Source: Rhodosorus marinus CCMP1338
Lineage: Eukaryota; Plantae; Rhodophyta
NCBI GenBank assembly: GCA_029953675.1
Contig: JAMWBK010000008.1
Coordinates: forward strand, 1,632,001-1,880,000
Direction of reading: 5' to 3'
DNA length: 248,000 nucleotides
Shown: piece by piece, positions 178,010-191,686 of the stretch
Position numbering within the stretch: the stretch's first letter is position 1
Layout: each line of letters starts with the position of its first letter
Position numbers and translations under genes: made by a program
Notes under the pieces: model-generated
The model's input: only the letters and a program-made list of their open reading frames with translations
The model's database searches: none
Told to the model about the DNA's origin: nothing

Positions 178010-179330
178010 AATTCTACTGACCGTCACCATCCTGTTGAAGAGAGTGCCGCGCTTAGGAGTTGGTATTCTGTCACCATCCCGAAGAGGTTTCTCTGTGCTT
178101 TCAAGGTGCGGTCTATGAGTTGTCTGAAGAGAGTGCCGCGCTAAGGAGTTGGTGTTCCATCACCATCTTGAAAGGGGTTTCGAGTGCGTTCAAGGTGCGG
178201 ATTGAGTGTCTGAAGAGAGTGCCACCCGCTAAGGAGTTGGTATTCCATGACCATCCCGAAGAGGTTTCGAGTGTTTTCAAGGTGCGGTTTGTGAGTGTCT
178301 GAACTGAGTATCGCGCTAAGGAGTTGGTATTCTGTCACCATCCCGAAGAGGTTTCGAGTGCTTTCAAGGTGCGGTCTATGAGTTGTCTGAAGAGAGTGCC
178401 GCGCTAAGGAGTTGGTATTCTGTCACCATCCCGAAGAGGTTTCGAGTGCTTTCAAGGTGCGGTCTATGAGTGTCTGAACTGAGTGCCGCGCCGAAGGAGT
178501 TGGTGTTCCAGCACCATCTTGAAAGGGGTTCGAGTACTTTCAAGGTGCTGTTGGAGTGTCTGAAGAGAGTGCCGCGCAGTAGGAGTTGGTATTCGACCAC
178601 CATCCCGAAGAGGTTTTGAGTGCTTTCAAGGTGCGGTTTGAGTGTCTGAACTGAGTGCCGCGCCAAGGAGTTGGTGTTCCAGCACCATCTGGAAAGGGGT
178701 TCGAGTACTTCGTCAAGGTGCGGTTGGAGTGTCAGAAGGTAGTGCGTGATAGGAGTTGGTATTCGACCACCATCTTGAGGGGGTTTTCGAGTACTTTGAA
178801 AGTGAGGTTTGAGTGTGCGAGTTGGTATTCGACTTACCATCTTGAAGGGATTTGGAGTGCTTTGAAAATGGGGTTTGAGTGTGTGCTGGTGTTCGACTAG
178901 CATCTTGAGCGGGTTTCAAGTGCTTTAAACATGGTGCTGTTTGAGTGTCTGACGGCAGTGTTGATATTCGACCACCATCTTGAAGGGGTTTTCGAGTACT
179001 TTGAAAAGGGAGGTTTGAGTGTGTGCGCTAAGCAGTTGGTATTTGACTAGCACCTTTGAAGGGGTTTCGAGGACTAGGAGTTGGTATGGGGTTTCTGGGA
179101 CTTTGAAAGTGCGTTTTGAGTGTGCGCAGGAGCTAATTCGACCACCATCTTGAAAGGGTTCGAGTGCTTTGAAATTGCGGTTTGAGTGTGGGCTAGGAGT
179201 TGGTATACCGTCAGCATCTTGAAGGGGATTCGAGTGCTTTGAAAGTGAGGTTTGAGTGTGCGAGTTGGTATTCGACCACCAGCTTGAAGGGGTTTCAAGT
179301 GCTTTTAAAGGTGCGGTTTGAGTGTCGAGG
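178010..179330. repeat. ~88-bp minisatellite, ~14 copies decaying towards the right
   Basis: GTGCCGCGCTAAGGAGTTGGTATTC...TTTCAAGGTGCGG units. Confidence 0.85.
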
Positions 179331-181936
179331 GGAGCGTTAGTCAGGATTGGAATGGGTGTGTGGAAGTTTTGCTCTGTGTCCTGAAGATCTTCGTGGTTAG
179401 TCAGGCTTGGAGTGGGTTTGTAAGGTCTTGTTCCCCATGGAGAGGGGGGGTGAGGGGGGGTTCGAGCGCTTTCAAGTGCGTTTGAGTGCCGCTGTATGCT
179501 AAACGTCAGTGAGTGAATAGCGGTGGGAAGGGACGAACTGGGACGAACTGGGACGAACTGGGACGAACCACGTGTCAATGCTCTGGTGGCTGAACAGAAG
179601 TTGTTTCATCGGCGCATGCTAGACGCATTCAACAATTTGGTGCGGGGGTGCTCGGCGAACTGCTGAGATAGTGGGCAGCAGGTCCGTGAAGTGGGGTAAT
179701 ACGTCAGAAGAGTCGCTGATCAGCGCGGAGTCGATCTTGTAGCGCTAGGTCACCCATAGCAGAGCACCCAGTCCCGTGGACTTCTAGGGCGGCGGTTCTA
179801 TCAAAGCGCCCGCGGAGTTTGTACGACCTCTGTAAGTAGTACGAGTTTGGCACCGAACACAGATAGCTGCGAGAGATTTCACGTCCAGAGAGAAGGGAGC
179901 TCAGAAATTCAGCTATCATTACCACCTCCCTTTCTGGGACCTCATCTGCAAGATGACCGGGAAAGGATATACCTATGAAACTGCTATAGAGAAAGTTTAC
180001 TCTGTCCACGGCCGCTCGACGAGCATCACAAGTATCCTAAAACATCTTAAGCAAGAGCGTAGGCTCGGATACCGGCAGTTTTTTTAGCTATCAGAATCTG
180101 TAATTAACTACAAGACAGTCCACATGAACTTAACAAAACCATATCTGCTATATCATCTCTACGAGAAGGCCAGTACTGGGCTCCTTAGGTTCGCCACGCA
180201 GCGGGGAGGGTTCGCATCCTCTTCAGCGTGCGAAACGCTACTTGATTGCCAACTCCAGAGATATCGTTCAAGTCCGACGGTCAGCAGCGATATCTACTAG
180301 GAGATCTCCACTGAAGCTGTAGGCGGAATTGGTACGGAAGAACGACCAGAATGGACTGGTTTTCCGGCGTCTCGTGCGCTGAGACGTTTGGCAGAAGAGA
180401 GAAAAGAACAAATTCTTCTCCTAGGTTGGCCCCCTAAATATCACCTTGGGGACCGTTTCTCTCGACTAGTGAATCACTGTCCTAGCGCATCGGCACGTAC
180501 TCACTGGACATCGAGGCAGCAGGAAGGACGATGTTGGAGGTCTTCTGTGCCCGTTGCCAATAGCTTCAACAGTTCCAAGATGCTACACAATCCAACCCAC
180601 GCGGTGCCCACCATGGGCCGCCCGGCAGCTCCAAATGCTGTTCAATGGATCTCTGATGAAATAATTCGGAGAGGAACAGTCTACCTAAAACATGCACCTA
180701 CGGTAAAAATGGACAAAACGAAACGTCTCCCCCATCGTTTCACCTCCGGCCCAATCCACCAATGCGCAGGGGAAAATCTGCCGCCGTCGTCGAGGACTGA
180801 ATGTATCGCAGTCCGAAAACCTCACATACCGAGTACGATCCATATCAAAGATAGCCTACCCACAGCCTCCTCCCAGCCACAATCAAGTTCACTCTAGGGT
180901 ACCAACGATCCAATGTGACCCGCAACTATTGCTATGAGTTTCTGTCTCTTTTTTCACCTACCTTGTAAAAAAAACATCAATCCTAGTTTATCATAATACC
181001 AAATAATCCAAGGATATCTAAATGTCATAAAACCTCTATCTTTCCCCCCCCCTATTAGTTCACCAAAGATTTGCACCGGGACAACGGCTCGAGCGATTTC
181101 CAATCAATATATCAATCCAAATATGTCATTTTCTTCACAGTTCAGGGACGTCCCGTTACTGTATTTTGATTGATATATTGATTGAGAATAGACTCACGTT
181201 TCTAAGGTCACATTCATATTCAGTCTTTTGTAGTAATTTGTATTTAAAAACTAATTTTAAATATGTATTGTTTAAATTATTTATGTAGATTGAATTTTTA
181301 GGTGACGCTTGGTTTATTTTATGAATGTTGTGGTAGGGAGCTTAGGATATGTAGATCGCCGCAACTGGGTGACCGTACTCTCTGGAGAAGGGGTGGCACT
181401 GTGAGGAAGTCTTTTTCGAGCCTTTCTAGCCTTGCGCTTGATTGAGCATAGGATACGCTTCACGGATACGAAACAAAGCTCAGCATGGTATCATCGATTT
181501 TATTTGCCGGTTCTATGATGACCCCTCCCCCCGCCCGCTCTGAACGCCCACAGGCGGGCACAGGTGGCACTCGAAACGGTTCTGTTGATCGGAGGGTGCA
181601 GCTCTGTTTTTTTTTACCTTTTGTGATTTCCTCCACTCTCATTGCTTTCGAAGACCATTGGATGATTCTGTAACACACCCAGAAAAAAAGCAGCTGAAAA
181701 TCTAGTTTTCAGGCGTGGAGCTTACTCGGTATCCACAAATCCTCCCTAGGCATCGACTAACGGATTTCTGATCTCTATCGTGAACTCGTGGCTGACAACG
181801 ACAATGGAAGTTGATATAAGAAGGCAAACGCATTGGGTCTGGTGGGTACGGATCTGTGAAGGAGGAGGGTAGAGTGGATCAATTAGATCAGTACAAAGTC
181901 GATTTTGAAGAAAAGGGGATCTAGTGATTCTTTCAG

Positions 181937-182870
181937 GATGGCATTTATTCAGACCAGTGCGTTTGGTATTCAAGGGCGGGGAGCTGCGGTTCGCTGTTCA
182001 GGGAGGAGCCATGTGAAGATGTCGCTGGACGTGGATTCTGTCAGCCAGAGTTTCACCCATCTGGCCAATCCAGTTGTTATTCAGAAAGTTGCGGACTATG
182101 TTGATACTCTGGGTACGGTGATGACTAGTGTGCTGGTTGATCTTCCTGGGTTTTGAGAGTTGCGGCTCTGACGTTGGGAATGGATTGTGCTTTCGTATAG
182201 GTCTTCCGCCGTTTGTTATCAAATGGGGCCATCCGGCTATGATGGGCTTCATGGTGGCAGGTATGGGAATGCCTGGGGCCGCGTTCGGATGGGCCGGTCG
182301 TCTTGGCAAAGGCAAGGATTCCGTGAAAATGAAGAACCTCCATGAGCAGGTTATGATTGCTTTCTGGCTGTTGGCGTTTGCTGGGTAAGAAAACCTGGTT
182401 CTAGATTACAAGAACAGACAGAAACAACTTCTTCTAGATCTCGTACTGATATCCACTTTCCCAAACTCGGTTTCAACAAACAGAGCTCTTGGCGGATCCC
182501 TGAGCCTCGCCGAGCAAGGTTATGAGATATGGACACTCCAAGATCCACATTTTGTCAGTACACTCGCTGTCCTCGGCCTTCTCACCTTCAACGCAGTATA
182601 CGCCTACTCCGGTTTCGGAGGTACCACTCCTCAAGAAAGGCTTAAGGGTCGTACAGTGCACGCCTACGTTGGAGCAGTAAGCAGTCCAAGACCGCCAAAA
182701 GACATAGTATTCCACAGAACAGAAAACCTCGGCTTTTTCGTTATTCTGAACACCAACAACACAAACTCTCTCTTCCCCCCAAAAACCAGTTAACGATGGG
182801 AGTATTCGTCGTTCACGGTGTACTAGGCTTCATGGGTGGTATGGCCCTTTAAAACGGTGAAGGCCCTACC
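181937..182870 (+). CDS. Plastid membrane protein, DUF4079-like, spliced
   Basis: WGHPAMMG, LHEQVM, RTVHAYVG. Confidence 0.7.
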
Positions 182871-183277
182871 CCCAATACCAGAAGACCCTATTGATGATCC
182901 AGAGTAGCACTAGAAGGCTTAACAATAAAGACTAGAAACATTTCCCTTTGCCAAGGATAAGCCAATACAACTTCGCCGCTGCGGATACCGATGTTTCGGT
183001 TAAGACTCTTCGGTTCGTGAATATGACGCACCCAGCGTTGAGGATCGATCGGCAGTCAGTCATTGAATAACGCACAACCCGAACCAACCCCCCCCCCCGC
183101 AGTGCTTGAGGATCGATAGGCACGGTGTCATTGAAGAGAGCCACTCTGTGATGACGGACGGTGCTCAACGAACTTGGTAGCTTCGTCTGCACACAGCCAC
183201 GCAATCGCTTTCGCTGGAGTGCTTCTTTGTTGACCGAGAACGAGCACTTCGATTTGATCGCTCCGCTCTATTGCGCT

Positions 183278-185515
183278 CTAGTTCTCCGGCTGCTGCGCTT
183301 CGTAGAATAGTATATGCGCTTCCGTTAGAGTAACCAATTGTGGGAGGGTTTCCTTCACGTTGAGATCCTGTATCGCTCGGAGGAAGGGAGTTACCTTGTT
183401 CAGCATAAGGTCATCCCTTGCATTGGGAGGTTGACGTTTGCTTCTCCTCGTCGATACCTGAATTTGAAACCATTTACCAGTAGGCGGATGCTTGATATTG
183501 ACCTGGTAACTTCCGGCTTTCGGTTCACCTTCGTGAGTAACGGCAGCGACGAGGTCGTACTTTGTGATCTGCTGACTCGCGACAGAGTGCGGAACAAAGT
183601 CCTTCAGCTCTAAATTCGTGGCCGGAAACTGGACGATTGTCGGGTTCTTCTCCTCAAAAAAGTTGTTTCTGTAGAATGTCGTGTTCACGATTTAGGTCTT
183701 CGGTCCCAGCTGTTGGGGCAGTTGTCCGCGGGCGAGCATTCCGTCTGGCTGCCTAGTACGTACCTAGTGAATCTCTTTATGTGCAAGATCAAGTACTGAG
183801 GTAGCTTTTCAATACGGTAAACGCGTCTTTCCCCCGTCTTTACCATATGGTGTTCCTGCACGCCATCAAATTTGGACAAGAGCGTATGCAGAGGCACCTA
183901 GCCGACGTAACCCACCCCGCAGACTCGTTAGTACACCTCCATCTTTTCATTGCATACAAGAGTGATTGCCTCACCTGAGGAATCAGTTTCCTGTCCATCG
184001 AGTCCTTGAAAAGTGGCCGCGAAGGCAAATCAAGTGACAGAAAAAAGTATGGAACGAGTTTTCTCTTCCGCTTGATCGACTTGCGAGCTCCTTGATCACC
184101 GCTTCCCTTCTCCACTTGATCCTTCTCTGTTATCATCTGAATCATTCCGCGGAAGATTCTGGATATCTCCGAATCTACACAGAAATTGCGAATCGCCGAG
184201 AAGGCAAGTATCCATTTCAGACAAGAAAGCGCAAATAAAAAAATCAAACCACACCACTTCTTTCATGCAAAGCCTCTCACCTCCCTTCTCTCCAAGATCT
184301 CCATGAAGCGTATTCAATACGAACGCTATGAACTCTACTGGATCTCCCTAACCCAAAGTATAGAGAGAAAACCAGTTAATGGCCTATCCGGAGGGGACGA
184401 CAAGTCCCAGGTAAGTCCCAGACGAAGCGTCGAAGTCTAAAGACTCAAGTAGTCCTCGCTAGAGCTGGAAACCGCGCTGGAGTTTTTTCCTAGTGAGGAT
184501 GATATCTGTACACACTGGACTCTGTCCAGCGACAATGACTTCCTTCCAGACTCGACTTCTTTCCCTGTCGGCGGGTCTCTCTCTCTCTCTCTCTCTCTCT
184601 CCCTCTCTGCTGACGCATCCTGAGCTTGGGCTATATCACTTTACCTGTTCAAGAATCTTAAACTGTTTATTGGATCTGTTGACGACCTCCTGCATGAACT
184701 CATGAGGAGATACGTGCGACCTGAAAGCGCGCGAGTTGTAGACCTTCCTGACCAGTTCCCCGAGCCGTTTCATTAGTGCTGACTTTGCTTGGGGACCTCT
184801 TGTATAGAGAAGACAAAAGTTCCTGAACGGTGTCTGTTGAAGTTGGAAGGGAGGATCGATCAGATAGATGGCTGTATTGTTTTTGAGTGGAGAGTTTTGG
184901 TGTTGGAAAGAGACTTACGATAACGAAGAGCGATTGCAAGACAGCATTTGCATAATCCGTAGCGTGAAGATTGTTCATTCCCACAAGGCCTTGGTAATGC
185001 ATTGTGCCGTTTAGAACTCTGAACCGAGTGGGGTTGTCGTTTAGTGAGGCGACTTGATCTGGGCTAAGCTGTGGATTGATGGCATGTTTGATATCGTCGA
185101 GCGTTGAATCGACGATTTCGTAGCCGTCAGGGACGCAGTAGACTTTCTCGGTATCGAGGTTGATGAAGACGTGGTGGCTCTGGTCTAGTGAGTGGAAGTA
185201 GACGTGCGAGTTTCTCCCTCGACCTTGCAAGTACTTGCCACAAACCAGGCACGCATAGACGTTTAGATTCTCCAGTGACACAGAACAGACTTTTTCAAAG
185301 TCAAAGTCCAGCATCGATCGATTCACCGTGTCCATGTACGGACAATCCACCCCAGCCCGCTGACCCCTCGAAGCTCTCATTCCATCCGAAATAACAACAG
185401 AGATCATCTCCGATGGGTTCTCATCCTCACCATCACCCTCAAATCTAGCCCGTTTCTTAGGAGGCGATCTAGTCTCCTCCTGCTCACCGCCACCTACAGC
185501 CTCCTCCTCAACCAT
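183278..185515 (-). CDS. USP39: U4/U6.U5 tri-snRNP protein Sad1
   Basis: CPYMDTVNRSMLDFDFEKVCSVSL..LNVYACLVCGKY. Confidence 0.95.
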
Positions 185516-187526
185516 CTTTACTCCTAAATCTATTGATACAATCGTTCACTCATTGAGGCCAAAGCGTTCCTTCACTCCAACTTTCAGTCCTCCGAGATCT
185601 TACTCCTCATACGAAAGCGATTCCACTTCCGAAAGCTAACAGATTCGACCCAAAGCTCGTCCTCACTTTCGTTAGAACAAAGCTCTTCGGAACTTAATCA
185701 CCTCGAAGACTTGTTCAAGCGATTCTATAAAGCCCCTATCGTAGGTCTTGAACTTGACTCAATAGCGTCCCTAATCTCAATGTCTTCTTCGTCAGTTTCT
185801 ATATGCCAAACTTGTCTTCCTCAGTACACAAACGAGTCGAGTTATGGATCTTGTGAACGGGTCGTCTGGACGGAGGCGATCAGCGTATATTCTCATTGGG
185901 CTATGATAAGAGCTCTGTGAGTTTGTCCCTTTGAATACTGCTGGTCTCTTCCGTTCTGTTGGCATACGACGATCAAATCGTGGTCGCTTTTAAGGTTCAA
186001 AGGTTGATCGAGAAGTTCAGTTGAGAAGATCACGGATTCGATGCACCTCTTGTTAGGAGAGACCTACACCTACGGCTTGAGAAGCTTGTCTTACTCATGA
186101 CGTAACAGAGTCGATTTGTTGATTGTCAGAACGGATCGTCCCGCGGAAGTTTTGACTGCTCTCTGATGAGAACTCGGTAAGGTTGTCCGTTTTGAGACTG
186201 CTGGTCTCGCCCATGACATAGAATGAAAGAACTTGTTGTGCTGCGCGTGTGAAGATCAAATCGTTTGTCCCAGCAGCTTTTGAGTTTTGCTTAACCAGCT
186301 TCGCTGAAAAGAGTTGCGGATTCTCGTTGAATCTCTAGTTCGGGAAGCTACGGGGGTGCCTCATATCAGCGAGGACGGCTGGGCCATGGACTTTGGAAAG
186401 GTTTCAGGGAGGTATGCGATTGCCCTTCTATTTTTTTTTACGACAAGCGTTTGGAACACCGCCTTATCCGCTCCGAGGGTGACATCGGAGCGGATAGCGG
186501 TGGGGCACCACTGCGGTTTGTGATCAATATCCCAACCGCTGAGTCGCGGGTTTGATTCATACGTGCAAAGGAACGTTGGACCAAGGTAATACCTACTAAT
186601 GCCTGTTTTCGTAGAGTTCATGAGCTCGATGTAGCCTCTGCGGCATGTGACCCTCAACAACCCAACTTGAACCCTAACTCAAGGGACATGCGCTCGCTAA
186701 GAAACTGGATCGCTGGCCACTCAGATCCTTACCTCAACCTCGAATCGTTTCTAATGGTTCCATTCATAGTAAGAATCTTTCAGTGAGACACGCGATCACC
186801 ATCGTCACACGGGCTGAGACGAACCGGTCATCCTATAGCGGTGGGCTTGAAGCCAATCCTAACAAACTCTAAATTAACGGTGTCACAATCTAGATTTATA
186901 GCTAAATACAATTTCGAAATATAATATCAGAAACTAGTAATCCTAATTTTCGTCACTAAACGTTCTTAAAATTCCTTTTTATTTCTCGCGCTTATCCCAG
187001 CTTCTGACAGTATAAAAAACAAGACTATTTACTAAGGAAGCTCGCGATAGTGGCTTTCCCTCGAACACTATAAGAGAGAGAGAGGGGGGTTGGGCTGAAG
187101 AAGAAAGCAAAGAGCAACGGAAACAGCGCCAACCGCATCTGTGGGCTGGCTTGTCTGCTAGAGACTGATGAACGACCAACCCCGAGATCAACTGGACTCC
187201 TTTCTTTCTTCTAGCCCTCCGCACGCCCAACCTGTCTCAAAACCAGAGTTCCGTCTGTTGTTGAAATTTTTGTTTTTTGTTTTGGTTCTCGGTTTTCCTG
187301 AACTCGTGATGTTGAAAGTGAGGACGGGTCTTAGGCAAAGTTCTCATCGTCGTGATACTTCAGCATCGATTCTATACACATTGTCGACCTGCAGTGACCT
187401 CTCTCTCCTGCAAACGGGTCAGACAGGAGCTCAGTTGCGTATCGCGGTACTATTCCCTCAGGTATTTGCTTATTCCAGCTGCTTGAGGAGCGATGACTCC
187501 ACCGTGGAATACAAGCATCACGAAAA

Positions 187527-188330
187527 TTAGTGGTCATACGCTGCCTGAGAGCTCGAACTTGCACGCGGTTGACTACCTTTGAGCTTATCCCTGTTTATCT
187601 TCAGCATCGTGTTTCTCTCAGTGAGCTCGTTGACAAATTCGATGAGATACGCATTTCTTTCTTCAAGCCTCTTCATTTCCGCTTTCTTAAGCAGCCGACT
187701 CTTTTTCGCAGATTCTCGATTTCGATTGAGTCGAGCCTGGCGAGTGCTAATAACTTTACCACTGGAGGAAGGCGCACTAATTGGCCTCTCGCTGCCATTT
187801 CGTTCGATTCTAGTCATCATCTCGTCTAACATAAGCGTCTTTGGTGAGCATTCTAAACGTTTCCCTTCTCCCCCGGCGCTCGAACTTCCCCTCTCCGGAG
187901 TCACAATTGAAGCCTCCTTCTTCTCTGGACTCATATGCAGCATCACCGCAGCACTCGTCATCGCACCTGCCAGAAGAATAAAATGGAGAACGTAGAAATT
188001 CCAAACCGTTGAGAAGCTATTGACTACTCTCTTTCGGCTAACATCGAAGGGAATTGAGGAAAAGCAAGGAACAAGAAGAAGACACAGTGACAGAGCTATA
188101 CGGTTGGCTTCATTACCATAAAAATCCATATCACTCATTCCCCGATGTCCCAACCACAACTCTCCGTCTCCTAGTCCAGTATCACCAACGTCTTCTTCCA
188201 TTACATGAACCTCCCCGATTGTCACACCTTGCATTCTTCCAGGCCCTCCTAGAACCTCCGTCCTCCTCCCACCAAACCAACAGCCAACCAAGTCTCTTCC
188301 AATCCTCTCCCCCAAAACCTCACGGGCCAC
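187527..188330 (-). CDS. bZIP transcription factor (true start probably internal)
   Basis: RLNRNRESAKKSRLLKK + leucine zipper. Confidence 0.8.
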   Translation of the reverse strand: MAREVLGERIGRDLVGCWFGGRRTEVLGGPGRMQGVTIGEVHVMEEDVGDTGLGDGELWLGHRGMSDMDFYGNEANRIALSLCLLLVPCFSSIPFDVSRKRVVNSFSTVWNFYVLHFILLAGAMTSAAVMLHMSPEKKEASIVTPERGSSSAGGEGKRLECSPKTLMLDEMMTRIERNGSERPISAPSSSGKVISTRQARLNRNRESAKKSRLLKKAEMKRLEERNAYLIEFVNELTERNTMLKINRDKLKGSQPRASSSSQAAYDH

Positions 188331-191300
188331 AACCTATGGTGATATCCTCGTTAGCAACCCGATATCAATCACCATAGACGCTTCCGTCAACCACCTTCCC
188401 CCTCATCCTCCCCAAGCCCCACCCTCATAACCTCGCTTCTATCCCCTCCTAATATCTACATTCCCTCTCCTACCCCAACTTCCCTCCCACTATCTTAAAC
188501 CTCTCCCAGTCCAACCCAACCCCCCCTCCCCGAACTCTCCCCCACAAAACTATCTCAAACCTCTCCCAAACCTTCACCTTCCTTCCCCCCCCCGGACAAA
188601 CTCGTACATGTTCACGCGGGTATGTTGAACATTCACACCGAAATATAATTTCACTACAACAATCTACCTGCACATGAATTTAACTGTCATATTCTTATTC
188701 AATCTAAATAAACCGATGTTCCTGAATAAATTTAAAATAAAACAAGATATATTTCAGTCAAAACAGTAATAGACTGAATAAATATTTGACAGTTAAAAGA
188801 AAACTTGGAATCTTACGAATTGGCTCAGGAGGCCAGGGGACGCAGAAAGAAAATTTATGAGATCGCTTGGAGTTACATAACTTATTCCAAAAAATACGAA
188901 CAGAAGAATGGCTTGAGGACCTCCTTCAATTCTGAATTAAAAATATGATTTATACATAACTTTTGGGTGAGCTCCTTTTTTCTTTGTTTTTGGAGGGGGT
189001 TGTTTCTAGTTTTCAAGCGCATCCTCCGGTAATGGTGGTGTACTTATTCCCCTACCCCCCCTTCAGAATCCGCATATCTTTGATTTTGATGCATTTTGGA
189101 GGATATCTGTCGCATCCTTTACTCATCAATCCCCCCCCCCTTTTCTTTTACGGTTGCTCACGGCTTTTAGCCCACCACCCTATTTTTTTCGTAAAATACG
189201 GACGTATTTCCTTTTCTGAAAAATTAATAACCCCTGATAAAAATAATAGCATTACTCGGTCAAACCGTTTTCTTTTGTTTGTTTCATCAGGCTTCTTTAT
189301 TGTGAAATAGATAGTTGATTGAGCTAGATAGAATAGGGGTTTTTTGGTTCCACGTTTATCGAATATCGAAAATTATTAAAGCTATTATCAATGTACGAAA
189401 CATTTTTTATGGGGTAGTTAATGGGTAGTAAAAAAGCAAAACAAGTAGAACCTTCAAACTGCCCAGAAGCAAAGGAGAAGAAGAAAGAAGGAACCCCCAG
189501 TTCACACACACACATCCGACAGGGAGGGGGGGGGGAGGGGGAGGGGAAATTGACGAACGCCGGGTTGCACTTGTTTTTATTAGCAAGTGATTCCTAAGAC
189601 TTGATTGGTGGACTCAGCAGACACTTCGAGAGAGATTTTCCAACCAGCAGTTTTCCTTGGAAAAAAATATTCGTTTTTTTCCCCCCAGAAGATGATAGGA
189701 TGAGAACGAGGAGAAGGAAAAGATAGAGACGTTTTGTTGGGGGTGGTGGTGGGGGTGTGGGGTGTGGGTAGTGTTCGTTTTTGAAAATAAATTACAACGA
189801 AAAATCTGATTATCTCATAAAATCCAAAAAAACATAGGCTCAAGGATCCATTTTGATTTTTCACGTTGTTTTTTCGGAGATTTCCAAATTCGGTGGAGAC
189901 CGGAAAGGTGAGCGGGAGGGTAGAGGGGGTGAGAGGTTCGGCGAGAATGGGTGAGGAGAGGATGAGAGGGGAGGGGAGGGGGGAGGAGGGAGGTGGTGGT
190001 AAAAAGTAGGCTTGCCTTCCAAAACCAAAAAGGAACGAGCGTATAACACGTGTCCCATTTTTGGATGCTATTCAGCGACTACTTTCTTGAAGTATATACG
190101 CCGGGGAGGGTTGAAAATTAATTTAAAAAGAGAGGGTAGAAAATTGGGTGAGCAAATTGACTAGGGAGTTTCGATACAGCAGAGAATTCAGTAATTATAG
190201 TTATTTTTGGTGGGTTTTTTTGGATGAGGTTTGTTGGTTTTGGTGGTGCGGGAAATGTGGGGGATTAGTATTCTCATCAAGAGCTGATGCGTGGGTGAGC
190301 GAAGCTCGCCAGGGGGGAAGAAGGTGGAGGGGGGTTTTTTTTTTTTTTTGGAGATCCTTTTGGCTTTTTTTGGTTGGGGTTGATCTTTTGTCTTGTTTGG
190401 GTACATGAAGCGTAGGGTTAGTAGTGCGTACAGGTTACGCTTTTGGGACGGGAAGTTTGTTTGTAGTGGTGAGATTTGATTGAGAATCGTAATGGGATGT
190501 TGGAGGGAACCACAAAAATGTGGGGGTTCAGGATAAAACGCCCTTTTTTGAGAGATGTTGAGCTGTGAGGGCTGCTGCGTTGTGTTCTGAAGCTCAATCG
190601 CACTTTGTCACAGTTGTCTGTAATCTTCTTTTCTTGTGTTTTTGTTTTTCCACTCCCCAATTCCGGCCGCTCGCTTGGATTTTATTTCTATTTTTTTTGA
190701 GCATGTAAGGGTTCATGTGTCTCGACTTATTCGATCTCATCAACGTGTTCGTTCACTAGCACATCGGTGCGCTGGTAAGCGGTTCTTCTTCTTTCTTTTC
190801 TTGTTTGGGTTCGTACTTGGCTAGCATTTGTGCATTCCAGGGTTCGGTTGAGGTTGAAAATATCGGTGAGGAGTGTCCAATGCGTGAATAGTTTGTCCTG
190901 ATTTCGGGTGTGCTTTTGCAGAGCTCAAGTTGACCAGTCCGGATGTGGGCTCACCCAAGATTGAAACAAAAACTAGATAGAGGATCAACAAGCAGCGACG
191001 GAAGGGCCTGCTGTTTGCACTTAAATGCATGATATCCGTTTTGCAACTCATCCAGGGCTACTACTCAACGGGGCAAAATGATGGGCCGCGAGCTTTCCGT
191101 GTTTTCGCTCGCCAGGTCGACCTCTCGGTTTTTTTGCTTCAGCTCGTAGAAACGTAAGTGGTCGGAGACGACTTCAGACAAGCTTCTTGTTTCGAGGTCG
191201 CCGAATTCTCGACAAAATTTCACGAGGCACAACGTATAGATTTTCCTCATCGTTCGAACGTAATAGACGTATCCAAAGCCGACATATTGGGACAGAGTGA

Positions 191301-191686
191301 ATTGGGCGAGCTATGAGCTTGAATTCGTGCGACGCGTTTCAGCGTGCAATTTGGGGTTCCCTACTAAGCGTTCATATCCTACGCCCTTTTCAACGGACCT
191401 GCAGTCTTGAGAAGGAAAACTTAATGGTCGCAAGAGACATTCCTGCGTATTTCGAGAAAGCACGGACGAGCGCGTCGCCTCAGTATTTAATCTGTGTCCC
191501 TCTTCTCGGCTGATTTTAGCCGCGTACGTTCCGTGCGGCATAATTTGAAAGTTAGCATATCAAAAGCGAGTAGGTTTCATCCGCTAGTAGTAATTGGTCG
191601 CTTTGGGATCCATTCCATGTACAAAAGTTTGGCTCTCGGTTCAGTAGCCAGAAACCAAAAAAGAATTAGCTCGAGCAAGTCGTGTC

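Noticed and set aside
178010-179330. CRISPR array
   Set aside because: The whole unit repeats and degenerates; there are no unique spacers.
179650-180900. Possible sulfotransferase on the minus strand (FIRDPLNSIWS)
   Set aside because: Only one short motif; no 5'-PAPS motif or consistent exon structure could be reconstructed.
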